This document shows positions 39,497 to 49,573 of a stretch of 64,000 nt of DNA, piece after piece. Numbering within the stretch: position 1 is the first letter of the stretch; every line of letters starts with the position of its first letter. The stretch comes from Candidatus Bathyarchaeota archaeon (GTDB lineage Archaea > Thermoproteota > Bathyarchaeia > 40CM-2-53-6 > RBG-13-38-9), in contig CAWECG010000004.1 of the NCBI GenBank assembly GCA_963807605.1, forward strand, positions 160,001 to 224,000, in the 5' to 3' direction. The translations under genes were made by a program, and so were the position numbers. The notes under the pieces are model-generated. The model saw nothing but the letters and a program-made list of their open reading frames with translations, did no database searches and was not told the DNA's origin.

Positions 39497-40329
39497 TGAT
39501 CGAGGAAACGAAGATGCAGGTGCCGATGAGAACAGAACTCAACCCTGTAGATCTAGCGCGAATATGTGCGTTACCGCGATGCAGCATCACGAATGGAGTT
39601 GCGAGGCTAGATGCTGCAGGCCTACACTACAAGGACTTGAACAACAGACTTCGAGAAATCGCGAGAGCCAACCTTCGGACGATTGAACTTCACAATATCT
39701 ACGGTCAGAGGTACATCGGTACTTCCCTCAAGGGCAATTTTGAAATCTCTATATCGGGAACTCCCGGGAACGACCTTGGGGCATTCATGGACGGTCCTAG
39801 AATTCACGTCTATGGCAACGCCCAAGATGGATGCGGGAACACAATGAACAGCGGCGAGATCATAGTGCATGGGTCGGCAGGAGACATCCCTGGATACGCT
39901 ATGCGGGGCGGCAGACTCTTCATACAAGGCAACGTAGGATACAGAGCTGGAATTCACATGAAAGAGTACGGCGACCAGAGGCCCTCAATGGTAATAGGAG
40001 GTACCGCCGGTGACTTCTTGGCAGAGTACATGGCGGGCGGGATAATAGTCCTGTTGGGCTTAAATCTGGAAGAAGGTCAAGTTCATAGATCATTACATGT
40101 CGGGACTGGAATGCACGGTGGAAGGATCTATGTGCACGGGAAAGTGGCTGATCTCGGAAGAGAGGCTGTTGTGGAAGAGCTTACTGACGATGATCTCTCG
40201 ATCCTCCGTCCACTGGTAACCGATTTCAGCAAATACTTCGGCTACGATTCAAAAGCGCTATTGAGTCTTAAGTTCTCCAAGATATCGCCGAGTTCTGAGA
40301 GGCCGTATGGACGGCTCTACGCTTACTAG
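39496..40329 (+). CDS. Glutamate synthase GXGXG subunit (GltB3)
   Basis: GQRYIG, GNDLGAFMDG, GNTM, YAMRGG, EYMAGG. Confidence 0.92.
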   Translation: MIEETKMQVPMRTELNPVDLARICALPRCSITNGVARLDAAGLHYKDLNNRLREIARANLRTIELHNIYGQRYIGTSLKGNFEISISGTPGNDLGAFMDGPRIHVYGNAQDGCGNTMNSGEIIVHGSAGDIPGYAMRGGRLFIQGNVGYRAGIHMKEYGDQRPSMVIGGTAGDFLAEYMAGGIIVLLGLNLEEGQVHRSLHVGTGMHGGRIYVHGKVADLGREAVVEELTDDDLSILRPLVTDFSKYFGYDSKALLSLKFSKISPSSERPYGRLYAY

Positions 40330-41351
40330 GGCATAATCATTAGCCTCAACGCAACCGCCCTTTTCAGTTCTCCTGATGCCCCAGCAATTGCGAGCCTGAT
40401 GTTTCGTATCTCAAGTAGCTTCATTACCATTCCCGAAGCAATTGTGGAGGCTCTGAAGGGGTATCCAGCGAGAGTCGAGTGAGCTTCACGTGACATCATG
40501 CAGTAGGAGAGTCCGTACTTCATGTCTTCTATTCCCCCTTCCGACTCTTCTTTAGCACAAGGTCCATAACGACTATTGGCTACCCAAATCATCAGTTGAT
40601 CGATATTTCTGGTTCTTAGGGCAACTTGGCGGAGGTTTTCTTCACTAAGCCAGCTGCTGAATATTTGAGGTTCTAATCGGCATAGCAAGCTTGTGATTAT
40701 TATCTCTAGGTTAGCTCCATCGATGGCTGAGGTGATCAGTCTTGTCAGCGAGGTTTGATCTTGAGAAGAGATTTCTGGAATGATATTCCAGAATCTCGTG
40801 GCGCAAAACGTGATTATTCTTAGTAACGGAGCCATACACTTGTAGCTTCTTGCTAGCTCCAGTGATTCCGAGATTACAGCGTCCAGACCGAGAGTCTGAA
40901 GAGTCCTGATTTGTTCTTCATTTGACAACTCCGATTGCTGGTAATATGTGGTGGGGAGGGCTCCTAGAGGCACAACGCCCGCGTCAGCAATTACATCTTC
41001 ACCGATCATTGTGGCCAATGAGTTGACAATGCTTTTCGATTCCAGTAGAAGCCTGTACTCTTGAAGAAGGGTCTTTGCATTGTCTGGACATGACGCAATG
41101 AGGGTGTCCAAAGTCTTAGAAATCGTCGATGTCAGAGACTCCTTCAACGTTGTGAAGCTGCTGTTTTCAGTCTTCTGAAGAAGCTCGCCGTAGGGCGTCT
41201 TCTTCAGAACGTGAATCAGATCACTGGGTCGTGTGCAGCCTAAGATGGCTTCGTAGTCATGGAGTTTTAGCAGATTTCCTATTTGGCCTCTAACTAACGC
41301 ATTGACGTATTCGTAATTGCCTGTAGGCCTTAAGATATCCAAGTTGTCCAC
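40326..41351 (-). CDS. A/V-type ATPase subunit C homologue (divergent paralogue)
   Basis: YEYVNALVRGQIGNLL..Y..L, L..TPYG, IDGANL, YPF, KLLEIRNIR. Confidence 0.75.
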   Translation of the reverse strand: MDNLDILRPTGNYEYVNALVRGQIGNLLKLHDYEAILGCTRPSDLIHVLKKTPYGELLQKTENSSFTTLKESLTSTISKTLDTLIASCPDNAKTLLQEYRLLLESKSIVNSLATMIGEDVIADAGVVPLGALPTTYYQQSELSNEEQIRTLQTLGLDAVISESLELARSYKCMAPLLRIITFCATRFWNIIPEISSQDQTSLTRLITSAIDGANLEIIITSLLCRLEPQIFSSWLSEENLRQVALRTRNIDQLMIWVANSRYGPCAKEESEGGIEDMKYGLSYCMMSREAHSTLAGYPFRASTIASGMVMKLLEIRNIRLAIAGASGELKRAVALRLMIMP

Positions 41352-41566
41352 ATCTTCTTTTTTCCCGACATAAGTCCAGAGAGTCTCAGCATATCGATCC
41401 AGACGAGAAAAGTTCCGAGGAGTGTGCCGGCAAGGGCACCAAGGATTTCATGATGATATTGTCTCCCAATGACGTAGCCGGCGAAAGCCATTATTGGTAT
41501 TGTTGCTGTTACTCCCAGATACCAAAAAGCCTTGCTCGTTTCTGGTCGTTGACTCACTCCAAGCAT
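41330..41566 (-). CDS. Small two-TM protein resembling AtpZ/AtpI (ATPase gene 1) family
   Basis: IPIMAFAGYVIG...GALAGTLLG hairpin pattern; coupled to the C-subunit paralogue. Confidence 0.5.
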   Translation of the reverse strand: MLGVSQRPETSKAFWYLGVTATIPIMAFAGYVIGRQYHHEILGALAGTLLGTFLVWIDMLRLSGLMSGKKKMWTTWIS

Positions 41567-42219
41567 CCATCCAACTATCTGCTAAGACATCTTTGGGCGC
41601 GGTCGACTATTTGCTTTTCGTAAGCGCTAGCAGTTCAATATGGCGCTAAGATTTGGGGAAAGGTCAACGTGGAAACTTGTATGTTAGCATGGAAATAGGG
41701 TCAGGCTGCAGCCTCTTCTAAGAGCCACCCGCAAGAGTCACAGATAACTGTCAGATTTGGGGAAGTAGATGCTTCAACTAGGACTCGCCCACATTTCGGG
41801 CAATAAAGAAATGTTTCAGGAAACAAAGTCTCTTCAGGATCCTATCCGTATCTGAGACATTCTCCTCCAGCACATAGAAGTGCATTATCTCTCCGTCACG
41901 GTCCAACATGCGTGACAGAGCCATTCAGCCATAGAACAATCATGGTAAGGCTAAGAAGACTTAAAAGAATAGAAATACAATCGGAACGAAAAAATGCAGG
42001 ACGGAGGCTGGGCCAGAATACGATAGCTCAAACCACTAACAGAACCAGGTAGACATTCAAAACAACAAAACAACACATACGAAGGTAGCATAGATAATGC
42101 CTGGCTATTCCTAATTACTATAGAAGGCCATCGCAAAGTAATTGAAATATAGGTCAGACATCACTAATGCCGCGCTGTCTTTCAAAAGTAGACATCTTCA
42201 AAGGAAAGGTTATGAGTCT

Positions 42220-43296
42220 ATGACCCGAGCTGACAACTACGCCTATGCAATCGCCTACGTCAGAGCATTGAGATCTCACTTGCTATCTGGTCAACAATAT
42301 GATACATTGTTGAAAGCTAAAGATGATCAGGATGTGCTTCGCGGCTTAGGTGATACGGTCTATTCCACACATCTATCAAAGTTTTCGGGAAAGGCTCTGA
42401 ATCTGGCCGATATCGATTCAGTCATCTTTGAAGATTACTACCACATTCTGAGAGAATTGCGGAACGCCCGTACAACTGAGCAAGCCAACCAGCTACTGGA
42501 GGTGACTTACCTCCGCCATGAATTTTCATGCCTAAAGATCATTATGCGTATGGTAAAGGCAGGGGCACCTTCAGAGGAATCCACTCGGCTGGTCACTCCA
42601 ATTGGAAGATACACTCGCGAATACGTCCTGAAACTCCTGAAAACAAAGGATCTTCGTCAACTATTCACAGAGATAGATGACCCTAAGATAAAGGCGATAG
42701 TCCTCGATAGGCTTGCAGAGTGTGAGAAGGTAGGTTCTGCCCTTCCGGCAGAGATGGCTGTCGATAGTTACCATCTAGATTATCTGTGGAGTATTGTCAG
42801 TAAACTCGACAACTGGGACAAAGACGCCGTACGAGACATGATCGGGACTGATATCGATGCTACGAACATGAGCTTAATTTTGCGAGGCAAACCACTAGGG
42901 GTGCCCTTTTCCATCCTCCGAGATCTGCTAATTCCGATAAGATACAAATTGGGACAAGAGGCAGACGCTGCTGTCGAGGCCACGTCAACGGGGGACGCAC
43001 TGCGGACCTTATCCGCAGGTTATTACGGAAACATCATTTCCAACATCACAGCCGAATGTGAGCAAAAACGAACTCTGGTGCCCTTCGAAGTCGCGCTTAA
43101 ACGCTACTTTGCAGAAAGATGCTCCCGGACCTTCACAGGTTACCCATTCGGTGTCGGACCACTTCTGGCCTTTCTCAATCTAAAATACTATGAAGCTCTG
43201 GACATCCGTACAATATTTCTGGGAAAAAGAGACAAGATCAATCCTCAAGTTCTCCGTGGTCTTCTCTTATCCCCCTCAACAGAAGCTCACGATTAA
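42220..43296 (+). CDS. atpC: A/V-type ATP synthase subunit C
   Basis: NYAYAIAYVRALRSHLL, IDATN...ILRGK, PFGVGPLLAFL..K..E..DIRTI..GK. Confidence 0.88.
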   Translation: MTRADNYAYAIAYVRALRSHLLSGQQYDTLLKAKDDQDVLRGLGDTVYSTHLSKFSGKALNLADIDSVIFEDYYHILRELRNARTTEQANQLLEVTYLRHEFSCLKIIMRMVKAGAPSEESTRLVTPIGRYTREYVLKLLKTKDLRQLFTEIDDPKIKAIVLDRLAECEKVGSALPAEMAVDSYHLDYLWSIVSKLDNWDKDAVRDMIGTDIDATNMSLILRGKPLGVPFSILRDLLIPIRYKLGQEADAAVEATSTGDALRTLSAGYYGNIISNITAECEQKRTLVPFEVALKRYFAERCSRTFTGYPFGVGPLLAFLNLKYYEALDIRTIFLGKRDKINPQVLRGLLLSPSTEAHD

Positions 43297-43430
43297 GACG
43301 GAGGATGTATAATGAACAATTCTCCGAAGAGATCTACGTCGCTGTCTGGACAGAATACAACTCTGAGTGTGGCAATAATCTTTTAAAGAGGTACAAGAGA
43401 ATCTAGAGCCTACAATTTGGGGTTTAGCTC

Positions 43431-43742
43431 TTGAAATTACACAAGCTCTTCGCATTGCTCTTTCTCACTGCTGGAGTGGCTCTTGCAGTCACGGGTCTTG
43501 TTTACGCCCAAGGTGGTACAAGTGAAGCTGCGGCATCAGGCTTCAAGCTGATTGGTGCGGGAATGGCCATCGGTCTTGCTGGTTTGGGAGCTGGGGTAGG
43601 CATGGGCACAGCAAGTGCCGCCGCCATTGGAGCCATGGCTGAAAAGCCCGAGACCTTCAGCAAATCACTGATCTACATAGTCTTCATAGAAGCTATAGCG
43701 ATCTACGGTCTGGTCATCGCCTTCATGATAATGATGGCGTGA
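43431..43742 (+). CDS. atpK: A/V-type ATP synthase subunit K (c, proteolipid), single hairpin plus leader
   Basis: GAGMAIGLAGLGAGVGMG, EKPE, FIEAIAIYG. Confidence 0.93.
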   Translation: MKLHKLFALLFLTAGVALAVTGLVYAQGGTSEAAASGFKLIGAGMAIGLAGLGAGVGMGTASAAAIGAMAEKPETFSKSLIYIVFIEAIAIYGLVIAFMIMMA

Positions 43743-43820
43743 AGACTTACCAGTACCCAGTCTAGGCTCTCCAGATGGTTCTCCTAACTAGAAGTTACGC
43801 TAGATGGCAACTGGTGTGAC

Positions 43821-45602
43821 TTAGCTGAATCTCAGGGGTTCATACGCGTAACCGTCTCCGGTGTAGAATTTTAGAAACCACTCAACCCAATGCAACCTGA
43901 GAGTCTGGATAAAGGACAACAGTCCTTCAAAGCAAAGTATCAAAAGGAAAGTGAACATTCCCCACATTACAACGCCAACTATGGCCAAGGCAGACCCTAA
44001 TCCTAGGAACATCAGAAGGATCTTGCTGAAAGCCCCATGCGTCAAAGCCAATGCCAGAATTCGGGCATATGATATTGAATTTGAGAGTGACGATATTAGA
44101 GATTCGAGAGCATGTCCAAAGCCATCCATGCCGTGCAAGCCTGTCCTTGCAAGTACCATGACGATGGCCGGCAACGCTATGTAAATTCCGAGGATATCAG
44201 CACGTTGAAGGGCTACTGTGAAGAGACCTGACTTGAACCTGAGGAATAGATATGCGCAACTCAAATAGAACCAGAGCCATAGGCCCGGGCCAATAATCGC
44301 TTCGCGATAGTCTCCTTTTCTTATCTGATTGATCAATCCGAGGACCAACCCGAAGGTTATCTGAATAATGGCAACGTAAAGGGAGACCAGAAGAAGCAAC
44401 ATGGGTTTCTCGAATGGGCTGAATGGAAAAGGAACAGGTACCGAGAAGCCTGCGACCCCCGAGAGAAAAGTCTCAATAGAATGCGATGCTGATCTCACAA
44501 CCTCTGAGATGATGACGCCGGTGGCACCGTGAATAAACCCCTCAAGAACATGATAGTATTCCGGTGAGCCGAAGAGCTCGCCGTAAAGGAATCCAAAGAA
44601 TATCGCGGCTATCGAACACATTATCAGAAGAGGAGACCCTTTTATCATATACTCGAAGAGCTCAGACGTTTTGATACCCTTGCGGTTAACGACATATAGC
44701 AAAAGACTTAGGATAAGAAAGATGGCTCCGTGGCCGACATCCCCAAACATGAGTCCGAAGATGATGGGGAACGAGATGAACATGAAGACGGTGGGATCTA
44801 CTTCAAAATAGTTCGGCAGACCGAACCCCGTAACGATTTTCTCGTACACGAAAGTTATCTTCGGATTTCGAGTCAAAGTTGGTGGAGGTTCAAACTTCTC
44901 CTCAATTGGTTCGATTGCGGTTCCAGGCTCTCCAAGCTGGAAGGAAGATTCCACTTCTTCGTGGTGATGGCTATCGCCTTTGGAGGGCGGTAGATACGAA
45001 GTGGCGCAGTAGCCATCCGATCCTTTTTTCAGGGCTTCTTCAAATTCCACCTTCTTTTCTGTGGGGATCCATCCGCTAATAGCGATGGTTTTGGCGGTCC
45101 GGGCACACTTGGACTTTGCCTCCTCAACTACTCTAGTGATATCGAGACATTGTCTCCAAGCTAGAAGTTTCCCCTTGCAATTATTCGATAACTCTGACAG
45201 TTGCTGTTCTATCTTCACCTTTGTCTCTGGACCCGGCTTCGTCGGTTCTGAAGCGATCGCAGAATACGATTGCTCGACCTCCAAAAGCCCTCGATCAATT
45301 TCATCGATCTCTGCGTCCCCAAGCACTTTCAAATTGTTCCCAGAAGTTCGCGGAAGATCCAGTTTTAGGCCTGAAAACACTGATTGCAAACGTGAGATTA
45401 TCGATGTGACTTTGAAGAGTCTCTCGGATGGCTCAATGGGCTTGACGCGGGGCTCATATCCCTTGAGGCTTGTGAGCACTTCCGTCTGATGCAGCATTCC
45501 GGCCTTGGCAATCTCAAGAATTACATTATCGATATACTGTTCATGAAAGTAGGCTCTTGTCTTAATCATTGATTGAGTTTTGAGCAAGGCTTGCGATCCC
45601 AA
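43821..45602 (-). CDS. atpI: A/V-type ATP synthase subunit I (a)
   Basis: PPTL, P.Y.EVDPT, FGLMFGDVGHG, SYARILAL, QTLRLHWVEW..KFY.G.G. CAA at 45600-45602 shows it is on the - strand (track label wrong). Confidence 0.93.
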   Translation of the reverse strand: MGSQALLKTQSMIKTRAYFHEQYIDNVILEIAKAGMLHQTEVLTSLKGYEPRVKPIEPSERLFKVTSIISRLQSVFSGLKLDLPRTSGNNLKVLGDAEIDEIDRGLLEVEQSYSAIASEPTKPGPETKVKIEQQLSELSNNCKGKLLAWRQCLDITRVVEEAKSKCARTAKTIAISGWIPTEKKVEFEEALKKGSDGYCATSYLPPSKGDSHHHEEVESSFQLGEPGTAIEPIEEKFEPPPTLTRNPKITFVYEKIVTGFGLPNYFEVDPTVFMFISFPIIFGLMFGDVGHGAIFLILSLLLYVVNRKGIKTSELFEYMIKGSPLLIMCSIAAIFFGFLYGELFGSPEYYHVLEGFIHGATGVIISEVVRSASHSIETFLSGVAGFSVPVPFPFSPFEKPMLLLLVSLYVAIIQITFGLVLGLINQIRKGDYREAIIGPGLWLWFYLSCAYLFLRFKSGLFTVALQRADILGIYIALPAIVMVLARTGLHGMDGFGHALESLISSLSNSISYARILALALTHGAFSKILLMFLGLGSALAIVGVVMWGMFTFLLILCFEGLLSFIQTLRLHWVEWFLKFYTGDGYAYEPLRFS

Positions 45603-45782
45603 CTCGGAGGTTGCGGCTTAGTTTCAAATCATTTTTGATATAAAGTCTCTGGTTTCACCAAGTTATTTTTTCTAAAGTAGCGGAGTCCGAGAGGGGTAAA
45701 ACTTGGCTTGCAATCTCCGCGTGCACTAGTTATGCTTCGAAAAGCTATTATGCGTGTGTTATGTGGGCATACTAAGATAATC

Positions 45783-46109
45783 ATGGTCGACCAGATCATC
45801 GCGAAGATCCTGAAGGCAGAGGAGCAAGCTGGGAAAGAAATCTCAGAGGCTTCAACCGAAGCGGACAAGATCAAAGAGAGCATAAACGTATCAGACCAAG
45901 AAACCTTCGATAAGATCGTAGCCTCCTGTAGAAAAGAGGCTGAAGAATCACGGGAACTAGCCAAACAGAAGGCAGTAGAAAGATCCAAGAGGGTTATGGA
46001 TGAATGCGAAGGCGAAGTTGCCAAATTGAGGAATCTTGACGAGAAGAAACTGATGAGGGCAGTGGAGCTGGTCATACACGAAATCACGTCTGGTGAGAAA
46101 GAGCCTTGA
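45783..46109 (+). CDS. A/V-type ATP synthase subunit H/G (stator)
   Basis: II.KI.KAEEQA...I.EA coiled coil ending AVELVI; directly precedes subunit E. Confidence 0.75.
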   Translation: MVDQIIAKILKAEEQAGKEISEASTEADKIKESINVSDQETFDKIVASCRKEAEESRELAKQKAVERSKRVMDECEGEVAKLRNLDEKKLMRAVELVIHEITSGEKEP

Positions 46110-46750
46110 CCGAGGAATCTCTAGACCGACTCATTTCAAAGATACAGGAAGATGCAAGGGAACAGGCAAGTGTGATAGTCAATGAGGCGAAGGTCTCATC
46201 AGAAAAGGCTCTTGAGGAAAAAAGGAGAGAAGTGCAGGAGAACGCTCAGAAGGCCTGCCAAGAAATACTCCGCTCTGCCAAGGCTGAAACAGAAAACATA
46301 ATCCATCGAGAGTCCGTCGACGCCGTAATCAAGTCACGATGGATAATACTATCAGAGAAACAGAAGATTCTAGATGTTGTCTTCAAGAAAGCTCAGGAGA
46401 GGCTCCAATCCTTCACCAATGAAGAGAGTTACAGGCCGATGCTGGAACGACTCATAGAGGATGCGGCCGCGGCGGCCGGGGGAGGGAAACTCGAACTGCT
46501 CCTTAACAAAAAAGATATGCAGTTAAGACTGCCCCTTGAAGAAATATCGAAGAAGATTAGCTCTAGCTTGGGTGTCGAATCAACTCTGGACATGTCAGAA
46601 GAGACGATCTCGGCTATAGGCGGAGTCATTGTTCAATCAGCCGATAAGAAGACGAAGATCGATAACACGTTAGGTTCAATCCTTGAAAGGGAAAGGAAAA
46701 GTCTAGAGCCAAAAATAGCAGCCATACTCTTCTCTTCAAAGGCCGAGTAA
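46106..46750 (+). CDS. atpE: A/V-type ATP synthase subunit E
   Basis: LDRLISKI.EDA..QA, IGGVIV, IDNT, IAAILF. Confidence 0.88.
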   Translation: MTEESLDRLISKIQEDAREQASVIVNEAKVSSEKALEEKRREVQENAQKACQEILRSAKAETENIIHRESVDAVIKSRWIILSEKQKILDVVFKKAQERLQSFTNEESYRPMLERLIEDAAAAAGGGKLELLLNKKDMQLRLPLEEISKKISSSLGVESTLDMSEETISAIGGVIVQSADKKTKIDNTLGSILERERKSLEPKIAAILFSSKAE

Positions 46751-46847
46751 AAGTATCTTGCAGCCCATCTGCTCGTTCCTGGGCGAAGACGATAAGACAG
46801 CCTCCTCACGTCAAAGCCACCTCTACCTGTCCTAGGATGAAATCCAA

Positions 46848-49115
46848 TTGCTAGCTGACATACTGGTAAAGGGTATTGTTCAAGGGGTTGGCTTCAGACC
46901 TTTCGTCTACCGGCTTGCCACAGAGAATGGGCTATGTGGTTTTGTCCAGAACCGTGGCGACGCCGGAGTAAGAATAGAAGCTGAGGGAAAAAAACCTCAG
47001 CTTGAAAAATTTGTCAACGAACTGAGAACAAGAAAACCACCTTTTGCCGAGATACGTGACTTGATAGTGTCCTATCAGGATCGAGAGACAGGCTGCTCAC
47101 ACTTCAAGATCAAAGAGAGCTTCAAAGGAGGAAACGAAAAGGGGTCCACAATCCCTCCAGACATCTCGATCTGTGTTGAGTGCCTTCGAGAGATGAGCGA
47201 TAAGAAAAACTCGAGGTACAAGTACTTCTTCATAACCTGCACAAACTGCGGACCAAGGTACACTACAATTCGAAGCCTCCCATACGACAGGGTCAACACC
47301 AGCATGGACGAGTTCAAGATGTGCCGCAGCTGCGAGATAGAGTATACTTCTCCCGCCGACCGCCGATTTCATGCACAGACAAATGCCTGCCCGAGATGTG
47401 GCCCACGGCTCATTATCACAAACAATATGGGGAAGCGTATAGCGAGCAGAGACCCCGCTGCTGACGCAGGAAGGCTCCTTGACGAAGGGTGTATCCTGGC
47501 AATCAAGGGAAACGGAGGCTTCCACCTAGTCTGCCCCACAACAAAACCGAAACCTCTATCCCGACTTAGGGCGGCCAAAGAGCGCAGGACAAAACCCTTC
47601 GCCATCATGGCTCGCGACCTAAGGACAACAAGATCATTTGCTGAAGTCAACGATTTTGAAACTGAGCTCCTTGAATCATATGCAAAGCCGATCGTTCTCT
47701 TGAGGAAGAGCGCGAATTATTCCCTATCTGAACTGGTCTCACCAGGGCTCCACACTGTAGGCGTGATGTTACCATATTCAGGTCTCCATCACCTGCTATT
47801 CGACTCGACGAAGGAACCCGCCCTGGTCATGACGAGTGCAAATCCCCCTAACGAACCAATAATAATTGAAGATGATATTGCTCTCAAGCAATTAGGAAAT
47901 GTCGTCGATTATTTCCTCTTCCATAATAGGCGTATAGAGCAGAGGTGTGATGACACCGTCCTTCGAGCAATGGGTCAGAACAAGTCCTTCATCAGGCGTT
48001 CAAGGGGATATGCGCCAGCCCCCCTAGCCTTGAAGACGGCTTGTTCAAGAGATATCCTTGCACTGGGCGCTGAACTGAATGCTACATGCTGCGTTTTGGT
48101 TAATCAACAGGCTTTTCTTTCACAACACATCGGCGATGTGGAGACTCCTGAGACCCTGAAGTTTCTGGAAGAAGTCATCCAGCATTTGTTAGGCCTTACC
48201 AAAGCAGAGCCAACCACCATCGCTTGTGACCTACACCCGAAGTTCAATACAACATTCCTAGCTAAACGTCTCGCAGATCAGTGGCGCATACCAGTTGTTC
48301 AGGTCCAGCATCACCACGCTCACCTATCCAAGCTGTTGCTTGAAAACGGGATAAATGAAGCCGTGGGAATAGTCTGCGACGGATACGGCTATGGTCCTAA
48401 CGGAGACGCATGGGGAGGAGAGATACTTTACTCGAACATTAAGAGCTACAAAAGGATCGGTCACCTTAAAGATCAACCGATGGTCGGCGGCGATCTCGCA
48501 ACAAGATACCCCATTAGAATGGTTGCCGGAATCCTTCGTCGTTACATCGATGCCCACTCTTTCCTGTTGAAAGAGGTTGAACATCTTCCTCACGGCAGGG
48601 CAGAGGTAGACCTGATAACGAAACAGCTTGAGGCCGCCAGAATACAAACCACCTCTAGTTGCGGAAGGGTTCTCGACGCAATATCCTGCATCTTGGGAAT
48701 ATGCAACGAGAGAACATACGAAGGAGAGCCGGCTATGAAACTGGAGGCGGTAGCATCATACGGTAATGATGCGTTGAAACTGGACGCGAAGATAGACGGT
48801 AACGTCGTGGATACAACCTTCCTGCTGGAGCAGCTCTACTCAAATCTTGGCAAGGTCTCTATCCCCGACTTAGCTTTCTCGGCACAGTCGTATCTTGCCA
48901 GATCTCTTGCAAAGATATCTGTAGAATATGCCTTAAGCGAGGATATCTCAGCCGTTGGATTCACTGGGGGAGTTGCGGTTAACGAGGATATCTCCAACAT
49001 CATCCGGTCAGTGGTTGAAGCGAATGGGCTGGTCTTTTTGTCTCACGATAAAGTCCCTCCTGGCGATGGAGGAATATCCTTGGGTCAGGCCATAGTTGCA
49101 GCCGAAGCTACTTGA
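46848..49115 (+). CDS. hypF: Carbamoyltransferase HypF
   Basis: GIVQGVGFRPFVY, CTNCGPRY, RRFHAQ, RRSRGYAP, QHHHAH, PPGDGGISLGQ. Confidence 0.97.
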   Translation: MLADILVKGIVQGVGFRPFVYRLATENGLCGFVQNRGDAGVRIEAEGKKPQLEKFVNELRTRKPPFAEIRDLIVSYQDRETGCSHFKIKESFKGGNEKGSTIPPDISICVECLREMSDKKNSRYKYFFITCTNCGPRYTTIRSLPYDRVNTSMDEFKMCRSCEIEYTSPADRRFHAQTNACPRCGPRLIITNNMGKRIASRDPAADAGRLLDEGCILAIKGNGGFHLVCPTTKPKPLSRLRAAKERRTKPFAIMARDLRTTRSFAEVNDFETELLESYAKPIVLLRKSANYSLSELVSPGLHTVGVMLPYSGLHHLLFDSTKEPALVMTSANPPNEPIIIEDDIALKQLGNVVDYFLFHNRRIEQRCDDTVLRAMGQNKSFIRRSRGYAPAPLALKTACSRDILALGAELNATCCVLVNQQAFLSQHIGDVETPETLKFLEEVIQHLLGLTKAEPTTIACDLHPKFNTTFLAKRLADQWRIPVVQVQHHHAHLSKLLLENGINEAVGIVCDGYGYGPNGDAWGGEILYSNIKSYKRIGHLKDQPMVGGDLATRYPIRMVAGILRRYIDAHSFLLKEVEHLPHGRAEVDLITKQLEAARIQTTSSCGRVLDAISCILGICNERTYEGEPAMKLEAVASYGNDALKLDAKIDGNVVDTTFLLEQLYSNLGKVSIPDLAFSAQSYLARSLAKISVEYALSEDISAVGFTGGVAVNEDISNIIRSVVEANGLVFLSHDKVPPGDGGISLGQAIVAAEAT

Positions 49116-49297
49116 CAGTCTTCGCAGTTAGTAAGTCGTCGTAATTCAGGAATGGGTGGAGAACAGTTTATATCTGCGCCGGCGGAAGACTCATCCCAGC
49201 TCGGTGAAACCTCAGGTCATATCCTTAAGGCAATAACGGCAGTCTACGGCCGCGATGTTTTCTCAGCAACAGATTCTAAGTGAGTGCATCTATAGGA

Positions 49298-49516
49298 ATG
49301 TGTCTCGCAATACCCGGAAGGATTACGAGCATAGACGGTTCAATGGCGTATGTCGACTTTGGGGAGGGAACAAAACGAGAGGTCAACATCTCACTTGTAG
49401 ATGTGAAGGTAGGACAGTACGTGATAGTCCATGCCGGATTTGCAATTGAAATCCTCGACGAGGAAGCGGCCAAGGAGACTCTGAAGCTGTGGGAGGAGAT
49501 TTTAAGCCTCCAATAA
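49298..49516 (+). CDS. hypC: Hydrogenase maturation chaperone HypC
   Basis: MCLAIPG...VIVHAGFA; ATG at 49298. Confidence 0.96.
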   Translation: MCLAIPGRITSIDGSMAYVDFGEGTKREVNISLVDVKVGQYVIVHAGFAIEILDEEAAKETLKLWEEILSLQ

Positions 49517-49573
49517 TGCTTAGTGAGATGAGCTATTCTTTCAAAGTAAGTAGTGTCTACTAGCGTGAACGCA

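Noticed and set aside
41570-42140. Hidden ATPase subunit (such as F) between the two C genes
   Set aside because: The frames I translated give only short, stop-interrupted hydrophobic stretches with no subunit motif.
43821-45602. ORF-track + strand label for the 593-aa subunit I
   Set aside because: (M)GSQALL is encoded by the reverse complement starting at 45602, so the gene is on the - strand.
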